Made by a program: the position numbers and the translations under genes. This document shows, piece by piece, positions 8,142-21,601 of a stretch of DNA of 32,000 nucleotides. The notes under the pieces were generated by a model. It did no database searches and was not told the origin of the DNA. It saw only the letters and a list, made by a program, of their open reading frames with translations. Within the stretch, counting starts at the first letter, position 1, and every line of letters begins with the position of its first letter. The stretch lies in the NCBI RefSeq assembly GCF_000260965.1, contig NC_017856.1, positions 270,001 through 302,000 on the forward strand, written 5' to 3'. The stretch comes from Methylophaga frappieri (GTDB taxonomy: Bacteria; Pseudomonadota; Gammaproteobacteria; Nitrosococcales; Methylophagaceae).

Positions 8142-10448
8142 TTACAACGTTAATTTAAATCCTATCCAACCTGCTCGGGGTGAACTCGCGCCCACGAACC
8201 GAGGATTTTCAAAATCTAGACCAGGTGCTTCATCCGGTTCGCCGTACAAGCCAAAAGTATTGTATTCACTGTCAAACAAGTTATCGACTTTTGCGAAAAA
8301 CTGCAGATTTGGCGTCACTTGATAGCGGCTATGCAGGTTAACCACTTTATAGTGACCGATTTTGCTGTCTGTATTTGCTTCATCACCACGGAAATACTGA
8401 CTTGAATGATATGAGGCTGTAAAGCCCATTGAGAATTTATCTGTTACATCATAATCCGCGCCAATTTTGATGTTATGCGCTGGAATACCAGGTAATCGAT
8501 CACCTTCTTTGACAACAAAATTGACGACTTCATCATCAACTTCACGGGCATACACAAATTCATCCTCAAAGGTGGCACGGATATAGGAGTAGTTCGCAAA
8601 CCAACTTAATCGTTCATGTCCACCGAAAAGCGCAAGTTCAATACCAGCACGTGCTGTTTTGTCAATATTGTCGAAATTACCAATTGAAAGGCGCGGGTCC
8701 GGTGTCACTTCATCTGCATCTTCAACGGATGGGAAGAAGAATAAGTCATCTTTTAATTCAGTATAGAAAACACCAGCACTCCAGCCAATGGCATCTTGTT
8801 GTCCACGTAAACCAGCTTCGATTGTTCTGGCAACCACATCATCCAACGGCGGATCAGCTAAAAATGCATTCGGGTAGGAACAGGGACTTTCTGGCTCGCT
8901 ACAGGTCAATTCTGAAGGTGTTGGAGCACGATTAGACTCGCTATAACTACCATATGCCGTAATATTATCTTGTAGCGCATAAGTCAAACCAACAGAAGGA
9001 TTAAACCGCTTAAAATGATGCGTATTACCGCTCTCATTAAGGTCTTGTTCCCCGCCTTCGCTGGTACCGGATATATCAATTGCAATCCAGTTATAACGTC
9101 CCGCCAGCGTCAAATCTAACCGCTCTGTTAACGCATGCGTATTACTGAAGAAAACACTGTATGTATCGGTTTCAATATTACCATCTACCACCGTGTCATC
9201 AATAATAAAGCCCGTACCGTTTGTACCGCGCGTATTGGTAAACCGTGCAATTTCTGATTGTGAACTGTAGTCCACATCGGAATGATCATAACCTGCTCCG
9301 ACCACTAACTGATTATCTCTGCCAAAAAGAGGTTGGGTAAAGGTACTCTGTAAGGCAAAGCCAAAACTATCCTGTTCTGTCTCACTCGTATTGTTTAATG
9401 CAACGAAATCATCATCCTCAAATCCGAACTGGGTTCCATCAACGAGTACTTCTTCCTCATCATCATCGTCATTGACAATATTACCGTCTTCAACTTCCAG
9501 CTCCGAACCATCACCATTAAAGCTGCTACGGTCGCTTCGACGATAATAGGTATTTGCCGACAACATGACTTCGTCATTTATCCAGTGCGACCCATTAAGT
9601 GCAATTTGGCGAAGCTCATTTTGGGTATTATCCGGATGCGTAAATACGGCTTCACGGTCTTGTGCAACAAGCTCAATCGGTGATGCACCATTGCCGTTAA
9701 GATCACTATCAACACCCAAGAAACTCAGGTCAAGTGAGGTATTCTCATCAGCATAACTCAGCTTGGAAAAGAACTGTTCAACGCGTGATGGTGAAAAGTC
9801 GCGCCAGCCGTCTTCCTTGGTTATCGAACCTGTCACATAATAGGCAAAATTACCATCATTCCCCCCACTCTCAATCGTGCCCGAGTCACGATTAAAAGAG
9901 CCGGTATAGGCTTCAAGGCTATGTCCAGGGTGTGTAAAACCATTTTTGGTTTCGAGAGTCAGGGCGCCACCAAGCGTATTTAAACCAAAAACAGGATTGG
10001 AGCCCGGAATTAAATTTAGATTTGCGATAGCTGCTTCAGGAATTAACTCAAAGTTAATGGCATCACCAAAGGGCTCATTGACTCGAACACCATCCATATA
10101 AACGGATAACCCTTGCGCATTACCCACCAAAGGCGATGCCGTAAATCCACGGTATTTCAGGTCTGGTTGGAATGGATTGTTTTGCGCTGCATTTAAACTA
10201 ATACTGCCAAAATTTTTATTTAAAAAATCGGAAAGATCTAACCCCTGCGTGCGTTCTATATCTGCATCAGTAGCAGACTGTACATTGGCTGGGATTTTAT
10301 CAGCCGTTAATCCCACCCCTCCTATCGGGGTAGTTCCAATAACTTCAAGATCAGAAAGTCTGACGCTGTCCTCGGCCGCAACAACAGAAACACTGAAGGC
10401 CGAGATAATTAATGCGGGCAATAAGCGCTGCCGGTATGGAATCGCCAT
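8142..10448 (-). CDS. TonB-dependent outer-membrane receptor, substrate unknown
   Basis: 768-aa ORF with a signal peptide ending VVAAED. A TonB-box-like VRLSDLEVIGT follows, then a plug domain (KYRGF..GLSVYMDGVRVNEPFG). The beta-barrel region is long, Gly/Asp/Asn/Tyr-rich and alternating. The C-terminal strand is GWIGFKLTL. Confidence 0.9.
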   Translation of the reverse strand: MAIPYRQRLLPALIISAFSVSVVAAEDSVRLSDLEVIGTTPIGGVGLTADKIPANVQSATDADIERTQGLDLSDFLNKNFGSISLNAAQNNPFQPDLKYRGFTASPLVGNAQGLSVYMDGVRVNEPFGDAINFELIPEAAIANLNLIPGSNPVFGLNTLGGALTLETKNGFTHPGHSLEAYTGSFNRDSGTIESGGNDGNFAYYVTGSITKEDGWRDFSPSRVEQFFSKLSYADENTSLDLSFLGVDSDLNGNGASPIELVAQDREAVFTHPDNTQNELRQIALNGSHWINDEVMLSANTYYRRSDRSSFNGDGSELEVEDGNIVNDDDDEEEVLVDGTQFGFEDDDFVALNNTSETEQDSFGFALQSTFTQPLFGRDNQLVVGAGYDHSDVDYSSQSEIARFTNTRGTNGTGFIIDDTVVDGNIETDTYSVFFSNTHALTERLDLTLAGRYNWIAIDISGTSEGGEQDLNESGNTHHFKRFNPSVGLTYALQDNITAYGSYSESNRAPTPSELTCSEPESPCSYPNAFLADPPLDDVVARTIEAGLRGQQDAIGWSAGVFYTELKDDLFFFPSVEDADEVTPDPRLSIGNFDNIDKTARAGIELALFGGHERLSWFANYSYIRATFEDEFVYAREVDDEVVNFVVKEGDRLPGIPAHNIKIGADYDVTDKFSMGFTASYHSSQYFRGDEANTDSKIGHYKVVNLHSRYQVTPNLQFFAKVDNLFDSEYNTFGLYGEPDEAPGLDFENPRFVGASSPRAGWIGFKLTL

Positions 10449-10461
10449 AAATAATCTCCCA

Positions 10462-10480
10462 GATAATAATATGTTATTAG
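10462..10480 (-). promoter_or_regulatory. AT-rich inverted repeat TAATAA-N4-TTATTA, weakly Fur-box-like, in the receptor leader
   Basis: Read directly at 10464-10479. The plus-strand GATAATAATATGTTATTAG matches about 10 of 19 positions of the classical Fur consensus by my hand alignment. It lies between a possible TATAAA -10 and the GGGAG SD. Confidence 0.2.
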
Positions 10481-10602
10481 CCTTTATATTTAAGGCTTTT
10501 ATCCGACCGTAATTAGGTCGTTATCTGGATGCTAGCACGCCTTTAAAGCGTAAAATCTAGGAAATATTCCTGATTGTTTTGCTTATCTTGTTTGGTCTTC
10601 AT

Positions 10603-12000
10603 TTAAACGGAAAACCAAGCCAACTGCTGATGCAACTGGACTACTTCACCAATGATTAGCAACGTTGGCGCAATGGGCTTTTCACGTATCGCTAAATCAG
10701 GTAAATCCGCAATCGTTGATACCCACACACGCTGATTTTCCGTTGTACCCTGTTGCACCAAGGCTGCGGGCATATCGGCTGCCATACCGTGATGTTGTAA
10801 CTGTGCAGATAATTCCGGTAAACCAGCAAGGCCCATATAGACAACCACCGTCTGGCGTGGCTGAACTAAAGAAGACCAGTTTAAATCTAACTCTCCTGCT
10901 TTAAGCTGACCCGTTACAAAAACGCAACTTTGTGCGTAATCTCTGTGCGTCAGTGGAATACCCGCATAACTTGCGCAGCCAGATGCGGCCGTCACCCCGG
11001 GCACAACTTGAAAGGGAATGTTTTCCGCTGCAAGTGTCGCAATTTCCTCACCGCCCCGACCAAAAATAAAGGGATCCCCCCCTTTCAATCTCAGGACACG
11101 CTTGCCTTGCTGAGCATGTTCAAGCAGCAACAAGTTGATTTCTTCTTGTCTTTTAAAATGCCAGCTGCGCTGTTTACCAACATAGATTAATTCGGCCTCT
11201 TTTCTGACCAAAGCCAACACTTCCTGGCTTACCAGTCGATCATAGAACACGACATCTGCTTGTTGCATCAGGCGTAATGCTTTGAAAGTGAGCAGGTCCG
11301 GATCACCCGGCCCGGCCCCAACCAAATACACTTCGCCCTGACTTAATTCACTTGGCCGCGTTTCTGAAATAAGCCGGTTAAGTGTGTCTTCTGCCAGCCT
11401 TGTCCGGCCTGCCAGCATGTGGTCGGCAACGGGCCCCTGCAAAACGGATTCCCAAAATCGACGACGCTGGCTGGTTTCAGTGAAGCGTTGTTTTACTTTA
11501 TTGCGATAGTGACCAACCAACTGGCCTAGTTGTCCATAAGCAGGTGGGATCAAGGTCTCTAAGCGGGCGCGTAATTGACGTGATAACACTGGTGACTGAC
11601 CACCGCTGGTTACCGACACGAGCACTGAGCCACGCTCCAAAACAGAACCCAAAATAAAATCACAGTGGGCAGGATCATCAGCCACGTTAACTGGTATTCG
11701 CCGCTGTTTCGCAGCCTGATATACCACGGCATTCACATTGACATCGTTAGTTGCTGCAATCACCAAGGTTTGGGCATGAAGATAGGCCGGATCAAAACGA
11801 CACGGCAGCCAATGAATTTGTCCTGCGTAGTCGGGATTTGCCAATATTTTCCGGGTTGAGTTGCCAATTTCTGGTGCAAGTAAAGTGACGCGCGCGCCTG
11901 CTCTTGCCAGTAAAGCTAACTTACGGGACGCCACATCGCCACCACCAACAACTAGACTACGACCCTGTCGAACGTTCAAAAATACCGGCAAATATTCCAT
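10603..12000 (-). CDS. cysG: Siroheme synthase (precorrin-2 dehydrogenase / sirohydrochlorin ferrochelatase / uroporphyrinogen-III C-methyltransferase)
   Basis: The N-terminal Rossmann region is LVVGGGDVASRKL. The C-terminal SUMT domain has GEVYLVGAGPGDPDLLT and LRLKGGDPFIFGRGGEE. The ATG at 12000 (MEYLPVFLN) is preferred over the TTG at 12009 in the ORF track. Confidence 0.95.
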   Translation of the reverse strand: MEYLPVFLNVRQGRSLVVGGGDVASRKLALLARAGARVTLLAPEIGNSTRKILANPDYAGQIHWLPCRFDPAYLHAQTLVIAATNDVNVNAVVYQAAKQRRIPVNVADDPAHCDFILGSVLERGSVLVSVTSGGQSPVLSRQLRARLETLIPPAYGQLGQLVGHYRNKVKQRFTETSQRRRFWESVLQGPVADHMLAGRTRLAEDTLNRLISETRPSELSQGEVYLVGAGPGDPDLLTFKALRLMQQADVVFYDRLVSQEVLALVRKEAELIYVGKQRSWHFKRQEEINLLLLEHAQQGKRVLRLKGGDPFIFGRGGEEIATLAAENIPFQVVPGVTAASGCASYAGIPLTHRDYAQSCVFVTGQLKAGELDLNWSSLVQPRQTVVVYMGLAGLPELSAQLQHHGMAADMPAALVQQGTTENQRVWVSTIADLPDLAIREKPIAPTLLIIGEVVQLHQQLAWFSV

Positions 12001-12010
12001 ACAAATCAAT

Positions 12011-12790
12011 CTAATCTAACGGCACGTGCAGTGCCTGAAGAACATAACCATCGGACAAATTCTGTACAACAGCAACCAAACTCAACGCGTCCGACTGCCA
12101 CTCTTCAGCGAGCGGAATTTCAGTCATCAGCACGGACTCACCTCGATTGGAAAGAGAAAATGGTCCCAGCCACTTTCTGACCAGATCCTGGTGATTAAAG
12201 ACCGTGCCCGCATTATCACCACCGTGAACTTCATTGCGCACATGATTCTCAGTGACCGCCAGGTATAGTTTACTGTGCGCACGATTTTCGTCGCCACGAA
12301 CCTGAACTGCCGTTTGGACAGATAAAGTGGCATCCGTCCGTTTCGCTGTGATTTGAATGTCGGCTTCAGCAGGGTAATTATTTAACAGTGCGATGACATC
12401 AATCAATTGCTCTCGCCAGCTATGTATCGTTTCCCCACTGGCCACTAACTCGGGGGTAAAAATATGCTGATAATGGTTCAGGTGCGCAAGTTGCTTTTGT
12501 CGACTGGTAAATTCTGGTTGCGCAAACTTGTCAATCCAGCCTTTACGATCATTGAGATAATCAACATGAAATGTCAGCACGATAAGATCTTCATCAAGGA
12601 TACCTTGCTCGGGCAAAGTCTGATGAACGAAGTGCTCAGCCGCCGGGCAAAGCCCGCACCCTTCTGACACAAACATTTCCAATAACGCCGTGTGTTTTTC
12701 TGGCGTGCGCCCTTGCCAGTTATCAGCGAAAACGGGTGTTGAAAGCAACATTAATAAGGCAAGATAAGGCAGATAGTTTTGATAATTCAT
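12011..12790 (-). CDS. Secreted DUF1223-family thioredoxin-like protein with CxxC motif
   Basis: 259-aa ORF with a signal peptide (LALLMLLSTPVFA). The motif FVSEGCGLCPAAE matches the DUF1223 pattern (F.S.GCssCP.A) as I remember it. Confidence 0.7.
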   Translation of the reverse strand: MNYQNYLPYLALLMLLSTPVFADNWQGRTPEKHTALLEMFVSEGCGLCPAAEHFVHQTLPEQGILDEDLIVLTFHVDYLNDRKGWIDKFAQPEFTSRQKQLAHLNHYQHIFTPELVASGETIHSWREQLIDVIALLNNYPAEADIQITAKRTDATLSVQTAVQVRGDENRAHSKLYLAVTENHVRNEVHGGDNAGTVFNHQDLVRKWLGPFSLSNRGESVLMTEIPLAEEWQSDALSLVAVVQNLSDGYVLQALHVPLD

Positions 12791-12828
12791 AACAGGCTCC
12801 CGCTAGCAACTTACTTAGTCAGACCGCT

Positions 12829-13887
12829 TTATTCAGCTATCTTACTGCCAGCAGCATCGGTGATCAGCGCTAATTCCCGCAAAACCGCCGTCGCATAGCT
12901 ACCGGGTGGCAATGCAAACTCAATCAACAAGCGGTTTTCTGTCAGGAACTGCCATTGAAAGTTTTGTGGAAAAAGCCGTAATGACCGCCGTTCCTGTTTC
13001 AAACCCAATTCGGCTAAATTCTGACACCAGACCGACCAGTCCGCTAGCACATTTTGCTCAAGTATCTGGGCTTCATGTTCAACCGGGGACTCTCCTGCCC
13101 CCCACAATGGTCCCGTTGGATGAATATCCATTTTTGCCAAACGTTGCTCAATTGTCGCGTCCGGCCCTTGACACACAAAATAACTCGCACGGGTTCCATC
13201 GAGCAGCATGACATCACCAGGTAAAGCCTGTTGCCAGTTATCCTGACGAATACGCTCTGCCAAGACCAAGTTAAATAACCAACTCCGTGCTGCCGAAATC
13301 CACATGCTGCGTGATTGTCTTTTACGCGGTGCTTCGCCACCATGAAACCACGCATCGACCTGCGTTAAATTTCGACCCTGATGCCCAAAACGTTGCTCAG
13401 CAAAATAATTTGGCACCCCGGTTTTGGCAATGGTTTCCAGGCTGTTTAGCCATGCCTGCCTGTTGCCGGTGACATTGGTTAGATTTAAACGAAACTGATT
13501 ACCTGACAACACACCACGCTTTAGCTTTTTACTATGTCTGACAATATGCTGCACTTTTATTGTATCGCTGTTCATCTGTTGCCAGTCAGGTTCTGTTTTA
13601 CCTTGCAGGTTGACACTAAACCACTGGCTGGTGACGGCATGGCGATCTTTAAGTCCGGCATAACCTACAGCCACCGGTGAAACACCGGCGAAACGAGCGA
13701 TTTTCTGGGCTAACCAGTCTGTATTAGTCTCTGTTTTTTGAATGAATAACCAGACATGACTGCCCGTCCCATCAGGCGTGAACGGTAACTGCTCTTCGAC
13801 AACAAAATCTGTTGCTGCTGCCCTTATCGTTGCTTGTCGATCGCCTTGGCCAAGTGCATAAGGCAGTGCTGAAAAAGTCATTCTCAC
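12829..13887 (-). CDS. truD: tRNA pseudouridine(13) synthase TruD
   Basis: 352-aa ORF with the catalytic-Asp motif [16 protein letters not shown] and [10 protein letters not shown]. It lies downstream of ispF, as in E. coli. Confidence 0.94.
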   Translation of the reverse strand: MRMTFSALPYALGQGDRQATIRAAATDFVVEEQLPFTPDGTGSHVWLFIQKTETNTDWLAQKIARFAGVSPVAVGYAGLKDRHAVTSQWFSVNLQGKTEPDWQQMNSDTIKVQHIVRHSKKLKRGVLSGNQFRLNLTNVTGNRQAWLNSLETIAKTGVPNYFAEQRFGHQGRNLTQVDAWFHGGEAPRKRQSRSMWISAARSWLFNLVLAERIRQDNWQQALPGDVMLLDGTRASYFVCQGPDATIEQRLAKMDIHPTGPLWGAGESPVEHEAQILEQNVLADWSVWCQNLAELGLKQERRSLRLFPQNFQWQFLTENRLLIEFALPPGSYATAVLRELALITDAAGSKIAE

Positions 13888-14366
13888 AATGTATTATCGC
13901 GCTCAAGCAGGACAACCGCATGTGCGGCAATCCCTTCTTCACGCCCAGTAAAGCCCAGTTTTTCTGTTGTCGTGGCTTTGATATTGACTGCATCGATCAT
14001 CAAGTGCATGTCTTCTGAAAGCAGTTCTCGCATTTGCGGAATAAAGGGCGATAATCTCGGTTGTTGTGCGATGATGGTGCTATCAATATTGGCGACCTGC
14101 CAGCCCAGTTGATGAATATCCGCGATGACTCTGCGCAATAAAATTCGACTATCAATGCCAGCATAGTCCATATCATTATCAGGAAAATGGTGGCCGATAT
14201 CCCAACGCCCTGCTGCACCGAGAATAGCATCACAGATAGCGTGAATCAGAACATCCCCATCCGAATGCGCTTCGAGTCCCATAGTATGAGGAATATGGAT
14301 GCCACCAAGAATCAGCGGTGTATCCGCTTTAAATCGATGTACGTCATACCCATGACCAATTCTCAT
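13884..14366 (-). CDS. ispF: 2-C-methyl-D-erythritol 2,4-cyclodiphosphate synthase
   Basis: 160-aa ORF with [23 protein letters not shown] and GHHFPD. It has 4-nt overlaps with both neighbours. Confidence 0.97.
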   Translation of the reverse strand: MRIGHGYDVHRFKADTPLILGGIHIPHTMGLEAHSDGDVLIHAICDAILGAAGRWDIGHHFPDNDMDYAGIDSRILLRRVIADIHQLGWQVANIDSTIIAQQPRLSPFIPQMRELLSEDMHLMIDAVNIKATTTEKLGFTGREEGIAAHAVVLLERDNTL

Positions 14367-15070
14367 GCCAGTTGATCTCCTTGTCGTTGCAGGTAGAGTG
14401 CCGCTAACTCCAAATCCTGCGGCAAGGTAATTTTGAGGTTATCTGCGTGTCCCTCAACCATCTTAGGTTGAAAGCCGGCATATTCCATTGCACTTGCTTC
14501 ATCAGTCACCTGACATTGCGCATCAATCGTTTGTTGTAACGCTTGTAATAAATGCTTCAAGTGAAACATTTGTGGAGTCGCCGCACGCCATAAATTATCA
14601 CGATTGACCGTTTCCAGAATACGATGATTATCATTGACGCGTTTGACGGTTTCCGTCATTGGAATCCCTAAAATCCCACCTACCGGATCCTCAGCCAGTT
14701 GCGTCAGCATGCGGTCAATGTCTGTGTGGCGTAAACAGGGTCTCGCCGCATCGTGCACTAAAACCCACGGATCATCGTCCGTTAGTTGACGTAAATAAAA
14801 TAACGCATTGAAAACCGAATCTGAACGCTGAGAGCCACCGGTCGCCAGATAAACGGGCCAGTCATCTGGCAACATCAGGTCTGACCAAAATGGATCCTGT
14901 TCAGCCACAGCCACAATGACACCTTGAATTTTCGGATGACTTATCAAACGCTCCAAGGTGTGTCTGATAACGGGTTTCCCTAGTAACGGCAAATATTGCT
15001 TTGGGCGATCAGCCCGCATTCTGCTGCCATTACCAGCAGCAGGGACGACCGCCCAAACCGACTTACTCAT
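14363..15070 (-). CDS. ispD: 2-C-methyl-D-erythritol 4-phosphate cytidylyltransferase
   Basis: Contains the motif [10 protein letters not shown]. The start at 15070 ([13 protein letters not shown]) is preferred over 15106 because it leaves only an 8-nt overlap with ftsB. Confidence 0.94.
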   Translation of the reverse strand: MSKSVWAVVPAAGNGSRMRADRPKQYLPLLGKPVIRHTLERLISHPKIQGVIVAVAEQDPFWSDLMLPDDWPVYLATGGSQRSDSVFNALFYLRQLTDDDPWVLVHDAARPCLRHTDIDRMLTQLAEDPVGGILGIPMTETVKRVNDNHRILETVNRDNLWRAATPQMFHLKHLLQALQQTIDAQCQVTDEASAMEYAGFQPKMVEGHADNLKITLPQDLELAALYLQRQGDQLA

Positions 15071-15347
15071 CCGTTTCAGGTTCGATAATGTGAAAAAATG
15101 TCTCACCCGACTGAATCATACCGAGTTCACTGCGAGCCCGCTCTTCAAGCGCATCCAGTCCACTTTTTAGATCACCGACTTCCGCGGACAAAACCGTATT
15201 TCGCTCACGTAACACCTGATTATCCTGACGTTGCTTTTCCACTGCATGATGCAGTCTTAACAACGACGGCAAACTGTCATGGCTGACCCAGAGACGATAT
15301 TGCAATACCACCATAATGGCGATCAGCAAAATCATCACCGGTTTCAT
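15063..15347 (-). CDS. ftsB: Cell division protein FtsB (septum formation initiator)
   Basis: 94-aa ORF with an N-terminal TM helix (VMILLIAIMVVLQYRLW) followed by a coiled-coil. It occupies the conserved eno-ftsB-ispD position. Confidence 0.85.
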   Translation of the reverse strand: MKPVMILLIAIMVVLQYRLWVSHDSLPSLLRLHHAVEKQRQDNQVLRERNTVLSAEVGDLKSGLDALEERARSELGMIQSGETFFHIIEPETDE

Positions 15348-15359
15348 CTTAACGCCTGA

Positions 15360-16676
<1,317 letters not shown>

Positions 16677-17513
16677 TTATAAGTAGGCGTCTTCGATAAA
16701 ATCGTTTTGTTTTACCACCTGATCAATCTGCTGCAGTGTTTCCAGTAACGCTGACAATTGACCCAGCGGCCACGAATTTGGCCCATCACTTAATGCTTTT
16801 TCCGGATCCGGATGCGTTTCCATGAAAATGCCTGCAATGCCGCTGGCCATCGCAGCACGAGCCAAAACGGGAACAAACTGACGTTGTCCGCCACTCATAC
16901 CACCTTGACCACCCGGCTGCTGAACAGAGTGCGTTGCATCGTATACCACGGGGCAGTCCATCTGGCGCATTGTCGCGAGTCCACGCATATCTGAAATCAG
17001 CGTATTGTAGCCAAATGACGTTCCTCTCTCGCAAAGCATGATCTGCTGATTACCAGTGGACTTGGCTTTTTCTGCCACATGAATCATATCCCATGGCGCA
17101 AGAAACTGGCCTTTTTTGATATTCACTGGCAGCCCCTGCTTGGCTACATTGACAATGAAATTGGTTTGTCGACACAAAAATGCCGGGGTTTGCAGCACAT
17201 CCACCACACTTGCAACTTCATTCAACGGCGTGTCTTCATGAACATCCGTAATGACCGGCAAATTATAGTGTTGCTTTACTTTTTCAAGGATTTTCAAGCC
17301 AGCTTCGACACCCGGTCCACGATAACTTTGCGTTGAAGTACGATTGGCCTTATCGAATGAGGATTTATAGATAAACGGGATGCCCAGCTTGTCCGTCATT
17401 TCTTTCAATTGACCTGCGACATCCATGGTCATTTGTTCACTTTCAATAACGCAGGTGCCTGCTATCAAAAAAAATGGCTGGTCATTACCCGCTTCAAAAC
17501 CACATAACTCCAT
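16677..17513 (-). CDS. kdsA: 3-deoxy-8-phosphooctulonate (KDO-8-P) synthase
   Basis: 278-aa ORF with [24 protein letters not shown] and [10 protein letters not shown]. Confidence 0.97.
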   Translation of the reverse strand: MELCGFEAGNDQPFFLIAGTCVIESEQMTMDVAGQLKEMTDKLGIPFIYKSSFDKANRTSTQSYRGPGVEAGLKILEKVKQHYNLPVITDVHEDTPLNEVASVVDVLQTPAFLCRQTNFIVNVAKQGLPVNIKKGQFLAPWDMIHVAEKAKSTGNQQIMLCERGTSFGYNTLISDMRGLATMRQMDCPVVYDATHSVQQPGGQGGMSGGQRQFVPVLARAAMASGIAGIFMETHPDPEKALSDGPNSWPLGQLSALLETLQQIDQVVKQNDFIEDAYL

Positions 17514-17515
17514 GC

Positions 17516-19213
<1,698 letters not shown>

Positions 19214-19232
19214 TCAGAATTGCCCAAATCGC

Positions 19233-20573
19233 TCAATTAAAATCCTGTGCTGTTGCCGGCAAAACGGTCGGCCACCAGCCTGACTCTGTTGATGTCGCGC
19301 AGACTACTTCACTCACAGCATAATCGGCTACTGCAATCAGTTCGGTATCAGCAAACACGAGTGGCATCTCCGATCGCTGCCATGGCGGCACTTGCCATTG
19401 CTGTAAACAAATCTTTAAACGTTGGTGATGCGCATGACCAGCCAAACGGATGCGCTCTCCGCCTTGTCGACACTTCAGAACCAGTCCGTTATCAAACACA
19501 TTTGCGCGTATTCCAGCACCTTGACGGCTTTGCCATTCGAGTTTGCGACCATCGGGAAGCACCACTGATTCGGGACGATGCAAAGTGACTTGCCAATTTT
19601 GCGGCATTGGCATTTTATCATCGACAAAATAGAGCGCATCAGAAAATCGTCTCACCGTCACACCGGATAAAGCCAATAACGGCATGGCATCCTGCTGAGC
19701 AAGACACATGGTATTTAGTAAATAGTCCAACTGCGTTTGACTGGGCATAGATACCCCCAGCTGATAGGCCATCCAGCGTAATAAATTTTTCTGTCTCGGT
19801 ACCGGCAACTGCAACAATGGCGTGATGGGTAAGCGCGACTGCTGCCAATCTATGTTAATAACTTTCGCATCGACTTGGGCAACCTCATCAAGAATTTGTT
19901 GCGCTTCTGCCAAATGAGCGGCACTTCGACTTAGAGTTTGATGCACTGATCGCCAACGTGCAGAGAGCATCGGAAAAACTTGTTTTCTTAGATAATTTCG
20001 TTGAAACCGTAAATTTGCGTTACTGGGATCTGTCACCCAGTCCAAATGATGCTGTTGCGCATAGGCATGTAATTGATGGCGATCGACACTTAAAAACGGC
20101 CGTAAAATGGCGATTTTTTGCCATTTTCCAAGGTTTCCCATGCCAGACAGGCCCCGCACGCCGGCACCACGTAGTAATTGCAACATCAGCGTTTCGGCCT
20201 GATCTTGGCAATGATGTGCTGTTATTAACTGCGCGCCATCGCCAATATGCTGAGAAATCGCCTGATAACGGGCGTCACGTGCTGCCGCTTCAAGACCCTT
20301 CTCTGCGCTATCACTGACCTCGATTGTGAGCAAGGTAAAGGGCAAATCATAACTTGCCGCAAAGGACTGACAATGAATCGCCCATTGCGTCGCCGCATCT
20401 TGTAATTGATGGTTGACGTGAATTAAGTGCAGCGGACCAGGTAAGTCAGCGGCATGCTGACAAAGAAAATGGCTGAGCACGATTGAATCCATGCCACCGC
20501 TAAATCCTACCCATAAAGTCTGTCCAGCCGGTCTGCATTGAAGTTGTGCCAATACCGGCTGTGGATCAAACAT
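19233..20573 (-). CDS. tilS: tRNA(Ile)-lysidine synthetase
   Basis: 446-aa ORF with the PP-loop GFSGGMDSIVL and AHHCQDQAET. It sits between accA and pyrG. Confidence 0.92.
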   Translation of the reverse strand: MFDPQPVLAQLQCRPAGQTLWVGFSGGMDSIVLSHFLCQHAADLPGPLHLIHVNHQLQDAATQWAIHCQSFAASYDLPFTLLTIEVSDSAEKGLEAAARDARYQAISQHIGDGAQLITAHHCQDQAETLMLQLLRGAGVRGLSGMGNLGKWQKIAILRPFLSVDRHQLHAYAQQHHLDWVTDPSNANLRFQRNYLRKQVFPMLSARWRSVHQTLSRSAAHLAEAQQILDEVAQVDAKVINIDWQQSRLPITPLLQLPVPRQKNLLRWMAYQLGVSMPSQTQLDYLLNTMCLAQQDAMPLLALSGVTVRRFSDALYFVDDKMPMPQNWQVTLHRPESVVLPDGRKLEWQSRQGAGIRANVFDNGLVLKCRQGGERIRLAGHAHHQRLKICLQQWQVPPWQRSEMPLVFADTELIAVADYAVSEVVCATSTESGWWPTVLPATAQDFN

Positions 20574-20584
20574 TGACTCTCGGA

Positions 20585-21541
20585 TTACTCTTCAAATGCC
20601 CCGTATTCCATCAGGCGTTTTTGACGACGTTTGACCAAATCCTCAACTGGCATGGCCTGCAATTGCGTAAGCTTTCCGGCAATCGCTTTTCTCAGGTTCG
20701 TTACCATCAATTCCATATTTCGATGCGCACCACCTAGTGGCTCCGCGATGACATCATCAATTAATGACAGTGATTTCAAGCGATCTGACGTCACGCCAAG
20801 GGTCGCAGCTGCATCAGGTGCTTTTTCTGCACTTTTCCACAATATCGACGCGCAGCCTTCAGGAGAAATCACTGAATAAATGCTGTACTGCAACATTTGC
20901 AGATGATCTGCCACACCAACTGCCAGCGCACCACCCGAGCCGCCTTCACCAATAACCGTACTGATAATAGGTGTTTTCAGCTGTGCCATTTCGAAAAGAT
21001 TCCGGGCAATTGCTTCACTTTGTCCTCGCTCTTCAGCACCAATACCAGGATAGGCACCAGGCGTGTCAATAAAGGTCAGAACGGGCAGCTTAAAACGCTC
21101 AGCCAACTTCATTACCCGTAGTGCTTTTCGATAGCCTTCGGGGCGCGGCATGCCAAAGTTTCTCGCTACTTTTTCTTTGGTATCTCGTCCTTTCTGGTGA
21201 CCAATGACAATGACCGCTTGACCGTTGAATCGCCCCATCCCGGTTACTAATGCTGGATCATCAGCAAAGGCACGATCACCATGTAACTCTTCAAAATCGG
21301 TAATCATGTGTTTAATGTAATCCAGCGTATAAGGTCGCTGCGGGTGTCTGGCCATTTGCGTCACCTGCCAAGGCGTCAGGTTGGCGAAGATGGATTTGGT
21401 CAGTGACTCACTTTTTTCTTTAAGTTTCTGAATTTCATCGGTGATATTCAGATCGGTGTCATTGCTCATGTAGCGCAATTCGTCGATTTTAGCTTCCAGT
21501 TCCGCAATAGGTTGTTCGTAATCAAGGAAGTTTAACTGCAT
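20585..21541 (-). CDS. accA: Acetyl-CoA carboxylase carboxyltransferase subunit alpha
   Basis: 318-aa ORF starting [23 protein letters not shown]. It also contains [16 protein letters not shown] and [24 protein letters not shown]. Confidence 0.97.
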   Translation of the reverse strand: MQLNFLDYEQPIAELEAKIDELRYMSNDTDLNITDEIQKLKEKSESLTKSIFANLTPWQVTQMARHPQRPYTLDYIKHMITDFEELHGDRAFADDPALVTGMGRFNGQAVIVIGHQKGRDTKEKVARNFGMPRPEGYRKALRVMKLAERFKLPVLTFIDTPGAYPGIGAEERGQSEAIARNLFEMAQLKTPIISTVIGEGGSGGALAVGVADHLQMLQYSIYSVISPEGCASILWKSAEKAPDAAATLGVTSDRLKSLSLIDDVIAEPLGGAHRNMELMVTNLRKAIAGKLTQLQAMPVEDLVKRRQKRLMEYGAFEE

Positions 21542-21601
21542 TACAAAAAGGCCTGTCCTTAAAAAATTGGATTAATTATACACGTTAACGGCCGAGTTCC
21601 C

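Noticed and set aside
10449-10602. Possible cobalamin or other riboswitch upstream of the TonB-dependent receptor, considered because cysG is adjacent
   Set aside because: The leader is only 154 nt and lacks a B12-box-like element. Only short AT-rich hairpins are visible (AGCCTT-N7-AAGGCT at 10479-10497, CGACC-N7-GGTCG at 10504-10520).
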